64,000 bases of DNA from Bacteroidota bacterium (GTDB lineage Bacteria > Bacteroidota > Bacteroidia > Chitinophagales > Chitinophagaceae), in contig JBEDDG010000004.1 in assembly GCA_041176305.1 (NCBI GenBank), positions 5,452 through 69,451 of the forward strand, in the 5' to 3' direction. A program made the position numbers and the translations under genes. Position 1 is the first letter of the stretch; the number at the start of each line of letters is the position of its first letter. The notes beneath the pieces are model-generated. The model saw nothing but the letters and a program-made list of their open reading frames with translations. It was not told the DNA's origin and ran no database searches. This document shows, piece by piece, positions 46,330 through 56,509 of the stretch.

Positions 46330-47604
46330 ATGCAAACCTTTACGCCTTCTAACCCGCCTATTATTGCCATTGTTGGCTTAGGCTATGTGGGTTTGCCATT
46401 GGCCTTGGCTTTTTCGGGGAAGCATCAAGTCATTGGCTATGATACAGATCCAACTAGGGTAGAAGCGCTACTAAACGGCATAGATACTACTTTACAAGCT
46501 TCAACAGCCGAACTTCAATCCAAGCAAGAATTAGTATTTACTAGCGACCTGCATGCAATTTCAAAAGCGTCCATTTTTATTATCACTGTGCCTACGCCAG
46601 TTCATGCAGATAAGACGCCAGACCTAGGCCCCTTGCTTTATGCAAGCGCCCAAATTGCAAGTATCTTGAAGCAAGGAGATATCGTTATTTATGAAAGTAC
46701 AGTTTACCCAGGTTGTACCGAAGAGGATTGCGTGCCAGTGCTTGAACAAGGATCAGGTTTACAATTTAATAAAGATTTTTATTGCGGTTATTCCCCAGAA
46801 AGAATCAACCCGGGGGATCAAGTAAACACTTTAACAAAAATTAAAAAAATCACTTCAGGTTCTACGCCAGCAATTGCGGATTATATTGATCAATTGTATG
46901 CAAGTATTATTACTGCGGGCACTTATAAGGCTCCTTCTATGAAAGTTGCCGAAGCAGCTAAATCAATAGAGAATGCTCAAAGAGATGTCAATATATCCTT
47001 TGTCAATGAATTGGCTTTAATTTTTGATCGCATGGGTATTGATACCAACGAAGTTTTAGCAGCGGCAAGTACAAAATGGAATTTTTTACCTTTCAAGCCA
47101 GGTCTAGTGGGAGGTCATTGTATCGGCGTCGATCCTTATTATTTAGCCTATAAAGCAAAAGCTTTAGGATACAATCCACAAGTGATTTTATCTGGCAGAG
47201 AAGTGAATGATCAAATGAGTTTATTTGTAACAAATAAATTAATTGATTTACTACAGGTCAATGGAAAAAATATTCAAGCAGCAAATATTTTAGTACTTGG
47301 TGTCACTTTCAAAGAAAATTGTCCTGATATCAGGAATTCAAAAGTTTTTGAAATCATTCATGCTTTAAAAGATAAAGGAGCGATGGTGGAAGCTTTTGAT
47401 CCATTCGCCAATGCCGATGAAGTGTATGCAAAGCAACAAGTACAATTGGTAACTGCATTGAATCAGTATGACGTAATTCTATTAGCGGTGGCGCATGATT
47501 TTTTTAAAGCACTAGATTATGCAGCTTTGAAAAAAGATACACAGACCATCCTCTATGATACCAAAGCATTTTTAGATAGATCCATTGTGACAGCAAGATT
47601 GTAA
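46330..47604 (+). CDS. Nucleotide-sugar dehydrogenase (UDP-GlcNAc/GalNAc 6-dehydrogenase, TviB/WbpO-like)
   Basis: GLGYVGLP, YESTVYPG, SPERINPG, GGHCIGVDP, FKENCPD.RNSK. Confidence 0.9.
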   Translation: MQTFTPSNPPIIAIVGLGYVGLPLALAFSGKHQVIGYDTDPTRVEALLNGIDTTLQASTAELQSKQELVFTSDLHAISKASIFIITVPTPVHADKTPDLGPLLYASAQIASILKQGDIVIYESTVYPGCTEEDCVPVLEQGSGLQFNKDFYCGYSPERINPGDQVNTLTKIKKITSGSTPAIADYIDQLYASIITAGTYKAPSMKVAEAAKSIENAQRDVNISFVNELALIFDRMGIDTNEVLAAASTKWNFLPFKPGLVGGHCIGVDPYYLAYKAKALGYNPQVILSGREVNDQMSLFVTNKLIDLLQVNGKNIQAANILVLGVTFKENCPDIRNSKVFEIIHALKDKGAMVEAFDPFANADEVYAKQQVQLVTALNQYDVILLAVAHDFFKALDYAALKKDTQTILYDTKAFLDRSIVTARL

Positions 47605-47661
47605 AAAAATAATTTTACCTTCGGTTTCAAATTTTATTCATTCCTACCTAACCCAACAACC

Positions 47662-48003
47662 ATGATAGAGTCAAAAAGATTCGGTTCTAAGAAAGCATTA
47701 GTAGACATTGACGAAACAATTTGTTTTTATTCAGATAAGCGTGTCTATGAATTAGCGGAGCCTAATTTTGACAATATTGCTAAGATTAATAAATTATATG
47801 AGGAAGGCTGGCATATCACTTATTGGACAGGAAGGGGTGAAAGCTCAAAGCGAGATTTAAGGGCGTTGACTTTAGAACAATTAACCAAATGGGGCTGTAA
47901 GTTCAACGAGTTAATTACAGGCTATTGTCCAAACGGCGGCGCGGTTAAACCAAATTTTGATTTAGTGATAGATGATAAAGCAAAACGCATCGAAGAACTC
48001 TAA
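47662..48003 (+). CDS. Small capless HAD-superfamily phosphatase-like protein
   Basis: LVDIDETIC motif I, WTGR motif II, KP...VIDDKA motifs III/IV. Confidence 0.75.
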   Translation: MIESKRFGSKKALVDIDETICFYSDKRVYELAEPNFDNIAKINKLYEEGWHITYWTGRGESSKRDLRALTLEQLTKWGCKFNELITGYCPNGGAVKPNFDLVIDDKAKRIEEL

Positions 48004-48005
48004 TT

Positions 48006-48713
48006 TTAAATAGCCAAAGCGGCTCTTTTGTTTTTTCTTGCAAAAGGCAGGTAGAACAACCAAAAATGTGAGATGGCCGCAATTTCAAAAGTAATCAAGT
48101 AAAAAGGCCAATCTCCTATGATGAGTGGATTGGTTGCAGTGGGACGGGCTCTTAAAAACATATAATTGGTTCCAATTGCATAATTCATCATTCCTACCGA
48201 AAGCACTACCAGTTGAGAGTAGCCAAATATTTTTAACCAGGACCCTGGCCTTGGCTTAAAGCCATTGTGTTGAACCATATATAAAACCACCAGTAATAGA
48301 CCTCCGTGTCCAATAAAGAAGCTGTAAAAATTATAGCCTACCACACCCGTATTGAATTCTGGTGTCATGAGTGCGTGTATGCCCCCTAATAGTCCCCAAT
48401 AATATACAAACTCTCCCAAGAGTTGGTTTTTATTGAACAAATAAATAATGCATAAAATATTACTGATACTACATAAATGTGCGGGAATATTTTGTTGAAT
48501 ATTCCACAAGCCATTATAGTAATTGTAGGTTTGTTCGATGAGGAGGTTGGCTATTAATAAAAGAGCAATAAATAAATCGTATTGCTTGATCTTAATGGCT
48601 TTTATATATTTTGGAAGCTGGATCAATAAAAAAATACAACCACTGATTAATAAAATACTTTGCCACCATAAGGGAGAAAAAGTAGCCAGTGTAATTGATT
48701 TTTCAAATTGCAT
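48006..48713 (-). CDS. YwaF/TIGR02206 (TMEM164-like) integral membrane protein
   Basis: P.HLCS, ALMTPE, FF.GHG, GTNYMFL, WPFY; start ATG 48713. Confidence 0.8.
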   Translation of the reverse strand: MQFEKSITLATFSPLWWQSILLISGCIFLLIQLPKYIKAIKIKQYDLFIALLLIANLLIEQTYNYYNGLWNIQQNIPAHLCSISNILCIIYLFNKNQLLGEFVYYWGLLGGIHALMTPEFNTGVVGYNFYSFFIGHGGLLLVVLYMVQHNGFKPRPGSWLKIFGYSQLVVLSVGMMNYAIGTNYMFLRARPTATNPLIIGDWPFYLITFEIAAISHFWLFYLPFARKNKRAALAI

Positions 48714-48924
48714 AAGTAGTTCATCTGCTTGAATACGTTCATTTAGTTGACGGCATCTACAGAGGCACAATTTAACTTTTTCTGACTATAATCTATCTAC
48801 TTTATTATAGAACTAGGTCATGCTCAAAATATAATAGGGGGGTGAATGTCATGCTATTTTCCGCCGCAGCTGTATAACTGCTTTATTTTTAGTGCTATTT
48901 GCTTGGTCTGGCGTTTTTTTAATC

Positions 48925-49659
48925 ATGCAAAAAAAATATATACATCAAGCAGGTCTCAAACAAGTATTCATTTGTGATCAGCAAGCGATTTATGCCATGG
49001 GCTGTGGTCAATTAGCCAAAGTGCATCCTATGTGCAATGGTTATCGAGTGCTTAGTTCTATTGACGATATTGCCAGCATTGAATTGGAGCCAGAGCAAGG
49101 ATTATTCATCATTGATTGTGCCCTATTCGATTTTGATAAACCCACTGTCCGAAATAAGATTCAGTCTTTGCAATTGGTTTTTCCATTGATTATCTTATTA
49201 AACGAGGATACACCAGATTATACCTTGTACCAGTTACTGGACCTAGAAGTAGATGTGTTAGTGTCAAGAAATATGTCCAGCAATGAGTGGAATAAAGCAG
49301 TCGAAATGGCTTGTCAACATAAGATCTATTTCTGCAACCATACCGCAGAAAGAGTTTTTTCTTTAACACAGGAAATGAATAAAATTAATTTAATAGAGCG
49401 CGTGCAAGCCCTTATGCTCTATGATAAATATATTTTGATTCGAATTTGCGAAGAAGCATCCAGCAAACAAATTGCCGCAGAGCTTGGACATAGCAAAAGA
49501 ACCATCGAGGGGCATCGAACCAGATTGATGCAAACCCTTGCCGTAAAAAATGTAGCAGGACTTGTAAAGATTGCTATGATTACAAAACTATACGACCATT
49601 ATTTAGCTAACCCAGGATGGTATGCTACTTGCTTATTGGCTAAAACATCTTCTTTATAA
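48925..49659 (+). CDS. NarL/LuxR-type response regulator with degenerate receiver
   Basis: C-terminal SSKQIAAELGHSKRTIEGHRTRLM..L.VKN.AGL HTH; receiver-like N-terminus. Confidence 0.75.
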   Translation: MQKKYIHQAGLKQVFICDQQAIYAMGCGQLAKVHPMCNGYRVLSSIDDIASIELEPEQGLFIIDCALFDFDKPTVRNKIQSLQLVFPLIILLNEDTPDYTLYQLLDLEVDVLVSRNMSSNEWNKAVEMACQHKIYFCNHTAERVFSLTQEMNKINLIERVQALMLYDKYILIRICEEASSKQIAAELGHSKRTIEGHRTRLMQTLAVKNVAGLVKIAMITKLYDHYLANPGWYATCLLAKTSSL

Positions 49660-51797
49660 TAGTGGATAGTTTTGAATTGTCCATGAATGAATCCTGCAGC
49701 TTGGTTGGTGAAATGTTTGCTTTCGGCAAATCGACTCTGCCCCCCTGTAATGATGGTTTTTGCTTTTAATTTTTTTCCAAACTCCACCGCTGCTACAAAA
49801 CTATTACCCGTATAGCCATAACGTTTGGTGGTATTTGGGTAGCGTCTGCTTTCAAAAGAAGGCAGGCTTCCCCATCTTGAAGAAGCTTGATTCACAGCTA
49901 AGCTCATTTGATCATCGTCAAAATTTTTGCCTGGCCCCACTCTTTGGTAACGATTGATGGCGCCCCATTTCACTTCCCAACTACCATACCATTTTTCAAA
50001 TTGGTCCAAGGTAGCTTCTAATAATTTGATCTTGGTTTCAAAAGGCACTTCTTGGTCCATGCGATTGTATTTGACTAAAATCTGTGTGGCAGCTTCTTCG
50101 GTTTCGGCTGGCGGAATTTCTGTACCCCATTTAGTAGCCCACTCGATAGCAATGCTTGTAGCAATTGAATTGGTATCTGCCACATGATCCCAATTTGCTA
50201 AATAGTCAATCGCCTTTCTTGTTCTTGGTGTAAGGGTTGCTTTTTTTGCAGCTTCAATAAAACCTGGTAATAAAATATCGAAGGCGCTTAATTTTTTATT
50301 ATAACCAAGTGCTATCAATTCATCTAAATTGATTTTGTCAATTTTAGATAATAAAGCAACCGCGGTGATACCTCTTCCATTTTCTCCATCGGGTGCCATA
50401 TAAGCTGGATAAGCACTCGCTTTAGGACTTTGAGCGCCTGCAACGGTGAAGGGCGTTGCATTACAATTTTGTAACCAGCCATTAGAAGGGTTGATGCTTT
50501 GCACAATCTCTTTTAAGGCATGTACACCCATCCAGTTGGTCGCTTTGGTACTGCCGTCTACTGGCTTAGTGTAATCAAATGCTGGATCACGCTTAGGCAT
50601 AAAATTACCATGCCAATAAGCAATATTGCCCGCAGCATCTGCATAGACCGTATTATTACTATTATTTGCTAATAGCTCCATTGCTTTTGTATAATCTGCT
50701 AAACTCTTAGATTTTGTTCTTGACCAACATTCCATTAATGCATCTAAGGATCTATTGTTTTCTTGCAGGCTTAACCATTTTCCTTTCTGCATCCCCATCA
50801 CTGGTCCGTGGCCGGTAAAGTAGGTGTCAAATGATTTTGTTTTTACAACACCTTGTTCAAGGTATTTGATATCAATTTTTCGAGCACCCATTTTTTTAGC
50901 TTCTTTTTCGTAGGTGTAAAACAATTCGTTGTTTATTTTTTGAACCTGCTCTTCATATACATCGGCAACATCTGCATAACTACTAGTATGCATCCAGCCA
51001 CAATGCTCGTTGAATCCTTGGTAAATAAAGAACTGCCCCCAGGTAACTGCACCGTAGGCATTTAAGCCTTCTTCACTCACCATATGCATTTCTGATCTAA
51101 AATAAAAAGGCACATGTGGGTTGATGTATAACATCGCATTGCCGCTCTTGCTATGTTTAGGTGCAATCGCAAATCCATTGGAACCCTTTAAGGTTTTATC
51201 TTCCATGTCATAATTAGGACGCACACCATTGAATGCTGTAGGGTTGGCCACAAGTTGTTGTCCATAAAATGCCTCCACATGCTTTTCGGTGATACCTGCC
51301 GACCTTGTTGGAGAAACACTGCCATCTGTCCACATCAAATGATACCAAGGCTTAAATTTTTTGAGCACTGCTGGTTTTACTTCAGGATGTTTGTATAAAT
51401 AATAATTGATTCCATCTGCATGTGCTATTAATAGTTGCTTAAACCACAAAGGGCTTCTTTCAAAATCTTTTACAGCTGCTGCACTATCTTGAATCAATTG
51501 CATCATGAGGTCCTCATAAATCATTTTAGGGCCTTCCATCTCGGCGCGACGCCCTAGCATTTCTAAAAAATTCTTTTCTATCTGTGGAAAGTTTTCTTCG
51601 CATTGCGCATACATCAATCCAAATACAGCATTTGCGTCTGTTTTCCCATACACATGTGGGATATCCCATTCGTCACGAATGATGGTGGTTTGTCTAGCAT
51701 GTTGATTCCACCTGGCAAGTTCAGCACTGGTTGGCTTTTGTGCAAATAGAGTGCTACTTGAAACTAGTAATACCAATAAGAAATAATATTTTTTCAT
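49599..51797 (-). CDS. Penicillin/acyl-amide acylase family (Ntn hydrolase, S45)
   Basis: IIRDEWDIPHVYG; beta-subunit N-terminal GSNGFAIAP; LYINPH; QNCN. Confidence 0.9.
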   Translation of the reverse strand: MKKYYFLLVLLVSSSTLFAQKPTSAELARWNQHARQTTIIRDEWDIPHVYGKTDANAVFGLMYAQCEENFPQIEKNFLEMLGRRAEMEGPKMIYEDLMMQLIQDSAAAVKDFERSPLWFKQLLIAHADGINYYLYKHPEVKPAVLKKFKPWYHLMWTDGSVSPTRSAGITEKHVEAFYGQQLVANPTAFNGVRPNYDMEDKTLKGSNGFAIAPKHSKSGNAMLYINPHVPFYFRSEMHMVSEEGLNAYGAVTWGQFFIYQGFNEHCGWMHTSSYADVADVYEEQVQKINNELFYTYEKEAKKMGARKIDIKYLEQGVVKTKSFDTYFTGHGPVMGMQKGKWLSLQENNRSLDALMECWSRTKSKSLADYTKAMELLANNSNNTVYADAAGNIAYWHGNFMPKRDPAFDYTKPVDGSTKATNWMGVHALKEIVQSINPSNGWLQNCNATPFTVAGAQSPKASAYPAYMAPDGENGRGITAVALLSKIDKINLDELIALGYNKKLSAFDILLPGFIEAAKKATLTPRTRKAIDYLANWDHVADTNSIATSIAIEWATKWGTEIPPAETEEAATQILVKYNRMDQEVPFETKIKLLEATLDQFEKWYGSWEVKWGAINRYQRVGPGKNFDDDQMSLAVNQASSRWGSLPSFESRRYPNTTKRYGYTGNSFVAAVEFGKKLKAKTIITGGQSRFAESKHFTNQAAGFIHGQFKTIHYYKEDVLANKQVAYHPGLAK

Positions 51798-51878
51798 GTA
51801 ATAATTTTTAGATAGCCATACAAAATGCTACATGCTATATTTTGAAATTAACTTTCGGGGGTTGATTGTTCCTTTAAT

Positions 51879-52802
51879 TTATAATCCCCAAGTTTTGATA
51901 CGTTCTAAATTAATTTTTGCACATTCTAAAGGTGCAATACCTTGATAGGATTCTTGTTCAATGATAAAATGGTGTGTGCCACCAATTGCCTTAGCCAACA
52001 AGCTTACTGCTTTTGGATCTACAAGGCCATTGCCTAAAATGGTACTGTCATGTCCGTCATTCATTTCGCCAACAGCTACTTTGATTTCATCTTTTACATG
52101 GACAGAGGCAAATCTGCCTGGATACTTTTTAAGCCAATCCATACCCCTTGCACCAATGCCAAACATATTACCAAAATCCAATTGATGAATCACTAATTCG
52201 GGATCTGTCTCTTTTAAGATGATATCATAAATCAATTGACCATTTACTTTTTCGACAAATTCAAAATTATGGTTATGGTAGCCAAAACGCATGCCCGACT
52301 CCTGACACAATTCTCCCGATAAGTTAAAGACTTCTAATTGATGCATTAAAGCATCATAAGAGGTTCTTACTTTTTCATCCATCCATGGACTAATCACATA
52401 TTCTTGCCCTAAAGTAACTGCATCATCAATGGTGTATTTCCAAGCATCCGTAAATTCTTTTTTAGCCTTATCCCAATGTGTTGCATTCATCACAGTATGG
52501 CCACTAGGCATCTCCATTCCAAGATCTGTCAATATTTTTTTGAATTCAATAGCAGTAAAGCCATAAAATTTTCTATTACTGTAATTCGCATGCTCCACAT
52601 ATTGATATCCCATTTTAGATAAAGCTTTTAGGGTACCCAAAGGATCTTTAAACATGGTATCACGCACGGTATACAATTGAATGCCAATTTTAATTTTAGC
52701 ATCGGCTAAACTATTTTTTGACCATAAATCACTTGGCGCTAGACCAATCCCTAAAAGGGCCAAACTACTGTTTTGAATAAATTTTCTTCTTGAGTTTTGC
52801 AT
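51879..52802 (-). CDS. Tat-exported sugar phosphate isomerase/epimerase (TIM barrel)
   Basis: SRRKFIQ; GIQLYTVR; YHNHNFEF; HVKD; IIEQE. Confidence 0.85.
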   Translation of the reverse strand: MQNSRRKFIQNSSLALLGIGLAPSDLWSKNSLADAKIKIGIQLYTVRDTMFKDPLGTLKALSKMGYQYVEHANYSNRKFYGFTAIEFKKILTDLGMEMPSGHTVMNATHWDKAKKEFTDAWKYTIDDAVTLGQEYVISPWMDEKVRTSYDALMHQLEVFNLSGELCQESGMRFGYHNHNFEFVEKVNGQLIYDIILKETDPELVIHQLDFGNMFGIGARGMDWLKKYPGRFASVHVKDEIKVAVGEMNDGHDSTILGNGLVDPKAVSLLAKAIGGTHHFIIEQESYQGIAPLECAKINLERIKTWGL

Positions 52803-52859
52803 CGCATTAAATTGAGTACTTAAACTTACAAAATTTCGCGCGGATGCGCGCGAAAAAAC

Positions 52860-52890
52860 AAAAGAGGCGGACCAACGGTCCGCCTCTTTT
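52860..52890 (-). terminator. Intrinsic terminator after amidohydrolase
   Basis: AAAAGAGGCGGACC-AAC-GGTCCGCCTCTTTT. Confidence 0.8.
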
Positions 52891-52947
52891 TAAAAAACCT
52901 TATTTCTTCCAATCTATAGCTTGTAAGCGCCATAGAATCAGTAGTGC

Positions 52948-55900
52948 TTATTCGGCTACTTTGGTATTTTTAACAGGTTTTTTATCCAAGTACTCTTTAC
53001 GATCTACTTTAGAATTTCCAGTCACCATTTCATCTAAATTATCGCCTTTGTATAGACGACCATTTTTCATGATGTATTGGATGCTATTTGTATTTCTAAT
53101 ATCCTCTAAAGGGTTTTTATTTAAAATGATTAAGTCGGCTAATTTGCCTGCACTAATACTACCCAAATCCTTATCTAAGCCTAAGCTTTCTGCGCCCAGG
53201 ATCGTTGCTGTTTTTAAGGCATCTAAATTACGCATGCCGCCAGATTGCATAGACCAAAGTTCCCAATGGTACCCTAATCCTTGTAATTGACCATGACTTC
53301 CTATCCCTGCAAGACCACCTGCTTCTACAATTTGCTTCATGCTCTTAGCATGTTTTTGAAACACATGCTCTTCTGGTAAGAACCATGTGGCACGACGTCT
53401 AGACTTGTTCGCTAATTCTTCGTAAGGCGTATAGTATTGCATTTTTGCATCTCCATATACATTTTCTGTTTCGTAATAATAGTTCTCCGCCCATGGACCA
53501 CCATAAGAAACCAACAAAGTTGGTGTTACGGCCATTTTAGAAGTCGCAATGGTTTTTACCACGTCATTGTATAATGGGTAAATAGGTAAAGAGTGTTCGT
53601 GACCAGGATAACCATCTAATAAATTAGTCATGTTTAATTTAAAATCCAATCCCCCTTCTGTAGTGGGCATTAATTTTTGATTCTTAGCTGCTTGAATCAC
53701 CCACTGTCTATGTTTACGATTACCAACTAAATACATTTTAATGTACTTAGTATTAAAGTACTTACTGTATTGTGCTAAAACAGATTCCGCTTGCGCAGAG
53801 TCTTTTAAATTATAAGACCAATAACCCACACCTGGACCTGTAGAGTAAACTCTTGGTCCAACCATTTTACCCGCTTCCACTAAATCGCTATAGGTTAATA
53901 CATCGGTAGTGGCTGTTTGTGGGTCACGAGTGGTGGTTACGCCATAAGCTAAATTGGCTGCGTAAATCCATGCTTGATTTTTATGAATACCCCAACTAGG
54001 CCACATATGTGAGTGGGTGTCTACAAATCCTGGCACCACAGTTTTACCAGTAAGGTTCACGCGTTTTGCACCAGCAGGTACTTTCAATGAACCAGCTTTA
54101 CCTACTGCTTGAATTCTATTTTTCACCACCAAGATATCTCCATTGTTAATCACTTGATCTCCGTTCATGGTGATGATTCTTGCATTCGTTAATAAAACAG
54201 TGGTATTAGGCATATCATTTTCGTAATATACTTTCACCCAAGTTTCTGTTGCTTTATATTTTGGTGTTTCTTTTTTATCTTCTTTCTTTACAATAGTTGT
54301 ACTGTCTTTTTTAGTTGTATCTTTTTTAACAGCAGCTTCAGCTTTTTTAGCAGTTGCTAAACTATCATCAAAAGCATAAGCAGCGTCAATATCATAAGTA
54401 AAATGTGCTGCACCTAAACTCCAATGAATCGTTTTGCCATCTGCCTGCCAGCTTGGGAATTCACCACCAATCTCAGTCAATAATTTACTTGGGAATGCAG
54501 CACTTTTTGCATCGGCTACAGAAATTGAAACTGACTTGCCTGATTGTGGGATCGTTACATAATAAATATTGTTATTCACCTGAGCGATTGCAGCGCTTCC
54601 TTTTGGTGACAATAAAATTGTGTTGGCACTAGAAGGTGGATTGTTTTCTTTTGCTGCTTCGTCTTCATCCATTACTTCCGGAATAATGCATGGGTCAGCA
54701 ACTGGCTTACCGCGATGTTCGGGGATACTACCAAAAGTTGTGATACCAGAAATTTTTGCAATCTCTTTTTCATCTCCACCATCCCATTGAATAGAAATCA
54801 ATCTGCCGCGGTTGTTTAAATAAATTCGACCATCATTCATTGCAAAATGAGGATTGTATCTGCCGTTTGCTTTATCAATGATGGTTTCTTTTCCAGTACT
54901 TAAATCTATCCATGCCAATTCATCTTCCGCATCATCATAAGTGGGTTCAATCGCATCTTTGAATTTTTGAGCATTCGTTTTATTATACACTAATTTTTTT
55001 CCTGTCGGATCAATTGCTAATCCTTGATACAATGCATTTTCTTTAGTAATAGCTTGCACCGCATTGTTGGCTAAGTCAATGTATTGAATACTTCCACCTG
55101 CTGCATTCCAAGTAGTAAAATAAATACCAGTTCCGTTGGTGTTCCACACTGGCTGTGCTTCTGTGAAATCATTTTTTGTCAAACGTTTTGGACTGCCATT
55201 AGGATACTCCATTACATACAAACGATTCAATACTGTAAAAGCTAAATGCTTTCCATTAGGTGAAGGCACGGCATCTCTAATTTGAGTCGCCATTGTTGCA
55301 ATCGTATCTTTAATAGGGTACTTAAATAATACTTCAGGACCCATTTCTATTTTTGCATCTACAGTGTAAGCAATTTCAGTTTGTGCAGCTGTTTCAATAT
55401 CGATCTTATTAATTTTACCTCCATAAGAAGCCAATACATATTTACTATCTGGCGTAAAACTCATTGCAGGTAACACCCCTAATACGGCAATAGATTCTTG
55501 ATCGTCTCTTTGAACTGGATACGCCAACCATGTTTCTTCACCTGTGGCTAAATTTCTTTTTACCAATCCAGTTTTATCTTCAAAACGAGAACCGTATACC
55601 ATCCATTTGCCATCTTTAGACAAGACAGGTGTGAAGGCAGATCCATACCTAGAAGCAATGGTTCTAGAAGTACCTTTTTCTCTATCATACACGCCTATAC
55701 TATATTGAGGTAACATGGCATTATAGTTCCATGCGCCATTTCTTGCACTATAATAAATATAACGACCATCTGCACTCACTGCAGGGTCAATTGTTTTTAA
55801 TGTAGCAGGTGCGTCAATTAAACTGGTTCCTGCACCACCATTTTTATGCATTAAATATAATTTCGTATTACGACGACCTTTTGTGTAGACAATATAATTC

Positions 55901-56346
55901 CCATCAGGTGTATACACTGCACCCGGAAAATTATTGTTCTGATCTTCGGTCAATGCAAGGGTATCTTTTTTCTCTATATCGATATACCATAAATTTTCTG
56001 CACCAGAACGATCAGAAATAAATAAGATACGCTTACCATCTGGGCTAAAGCTTGGGTGGTTGTCATAAGCAATACCCTTGGTGATGGCTGTTGCTTTTCC
56101 GCCTTCCATGGGTATACTATAAATGTCCCCCATTAAATCGAACAAGATGGTTTTGCCATCAGGACTTACTGCCAAAGAGGTCCAAGTACCTTCGTTGGTG
56201 GTGAAGTCTACCGATCTTGTGGCTTTTAAAGGCAAGCCTTTGAATTGGGTGTAAGGCAGGCTATCTTTTTTAGGACTTTTTTTGTCCTGTGCCTGAGCTT
56301 GGATTAAACCTAATCCCATCATCAGGGTCAAAACATATATTCTCAT
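52948..56346 (-). CDS. Secreted amidohydrolase with N-terminal TolB/PD40 beta-propellers
   Basis: SPDG repeats; PGFVDTHSH metal motif; GSISAGKLADLIIL. Confidence 0.85.
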   Translation of the reverse strand: MRIYVLTLMMGLGLIQAQAQDKKSPKKDSLPYTQFKGLPLKATRSVDFTTNEGTWTSLAVSPDGKTILFDLMGDIYSIPMEGGKATAITKGIAYDNHPSFSPDGKRILFISDRSGAENLWYIDIEKKDTLALTEDQNNNFPGAVYTPDGNYIVYTKGRRNTKLYLMHKNGGAGTSLIDAPATLKTIDPAVSADGRYIYYSARNGAWNYNAMLPQYSIGVYDREKGTSRTIASRYGSAFTPVLSKDGKWMVYGSRFEDKTGLVKRNLATGEETWLAYPVQRDDQESIAVLGVLPAMSFTPDSKYVLASYGGKINKIDIETAAQTEIAYTVDAKIEMGPEVLFKYPIKDTIATMATQIRDAVPSPNGKHLAFTVLNRLYVMEYPNGSPKRLTKNDFTEAQPVWNTNGTGIYFTTWNAAGGSIQYIDLANNAVQAITKENALYQGLAIDPTGKKLVYNKTNAQKFKDAIEPTYDDAEDELAWIDLSTGKETIIDKANGRYNPHFAMNDGRIYLNNRGRLISIQWDGGDEKEIAKISGITTFGSIPEHRGKPVADPCIIPEVMDEDEAAKENNPPSSANTILLSPKGSAAIAQVNNNIYYVTIPQSGKSVSISVADAKSAAFPSKLLTEIGGEFPSWQADGKTIHWSLGAAHFTYDIDAAYAFDDSLATAKKAEAAVKKDTTKKDSTTIVKKEDKKETPKYKATETWVKVYYENDMPNTTVLLTNARIITMNGDQVINNGDILVVKNRIQAVGKAGSLKVPAGAKRVNLTGKTVVPGFVDTHSHMWPSWGIHKNQAWIYAANLAYGVTTTRDPQTATTDVLTYSDLVEAGKMVGPRVYSTGPGVGYWSYNLKDSAQAESVLAQYSKYFNTKYIKMYLVGNRKHRQWVIQAAKNQKLMPTTEGGLDFKLNMTNLLDGYPGHEHSLPIYPLYNDVVKTIATSKMAVTPTLLVSYGGPWAENYYYETENVYGDAKMQYYTPYEELANKSRRRATWFLPEEHVFQKHAKSMKQIVEAGGLAGIGSHGQLQGLGYHWELWSMQSGGMRNLDALKTATILGAESLGLDKDLGSISAGKLADLIILNKNPLEDIRNTNSIQYIMKNGRLYKGDNLDEMVTGNSKVDRKEYLDKKPVKNTKVAE

Positions 56347-56509
56347 GATAATTATTTTTTGAAAGTTACGTTAAAGGGATAGTCCATTAAAAAAAAGGTC
56401 CATATTCAAAATCGCCGCTCATCAAATATTTTAATAATTTTAACTAAAAATTTAGTCAGAACAAGTCTATTTTGACTTATGTTTACGAACTCAATCGTAT
56501 ATTTACAGT

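Noticed and set aside
48817-51840. LuxR plus acylase as a quorum-sensing/quenching module, with CATGCT repeats (48817, 48848, 51831) as operators
   Set aside because: The regulator has a receiver-like rather than autoinducer-binding domain, the genes are merely convergent, and the repeats are too short to separate from chance
52844-53290. 148-aa plus-strand ORF and other short antisense ORFs (e.g. 3368-3745, 19670-20044, 25152-25418)
   Set aside because: Shadows of well-supported genes on the opposite strand or spanning terminators; no family motifs
54260-54350. KKDTTKKDSTT...KKEDKKE low-complexity stretch in the amidohydrolase
   Set aside because: Ordinary interdomain linker (possible D-S/T O-glycosylation sites), not a DNA repeat element
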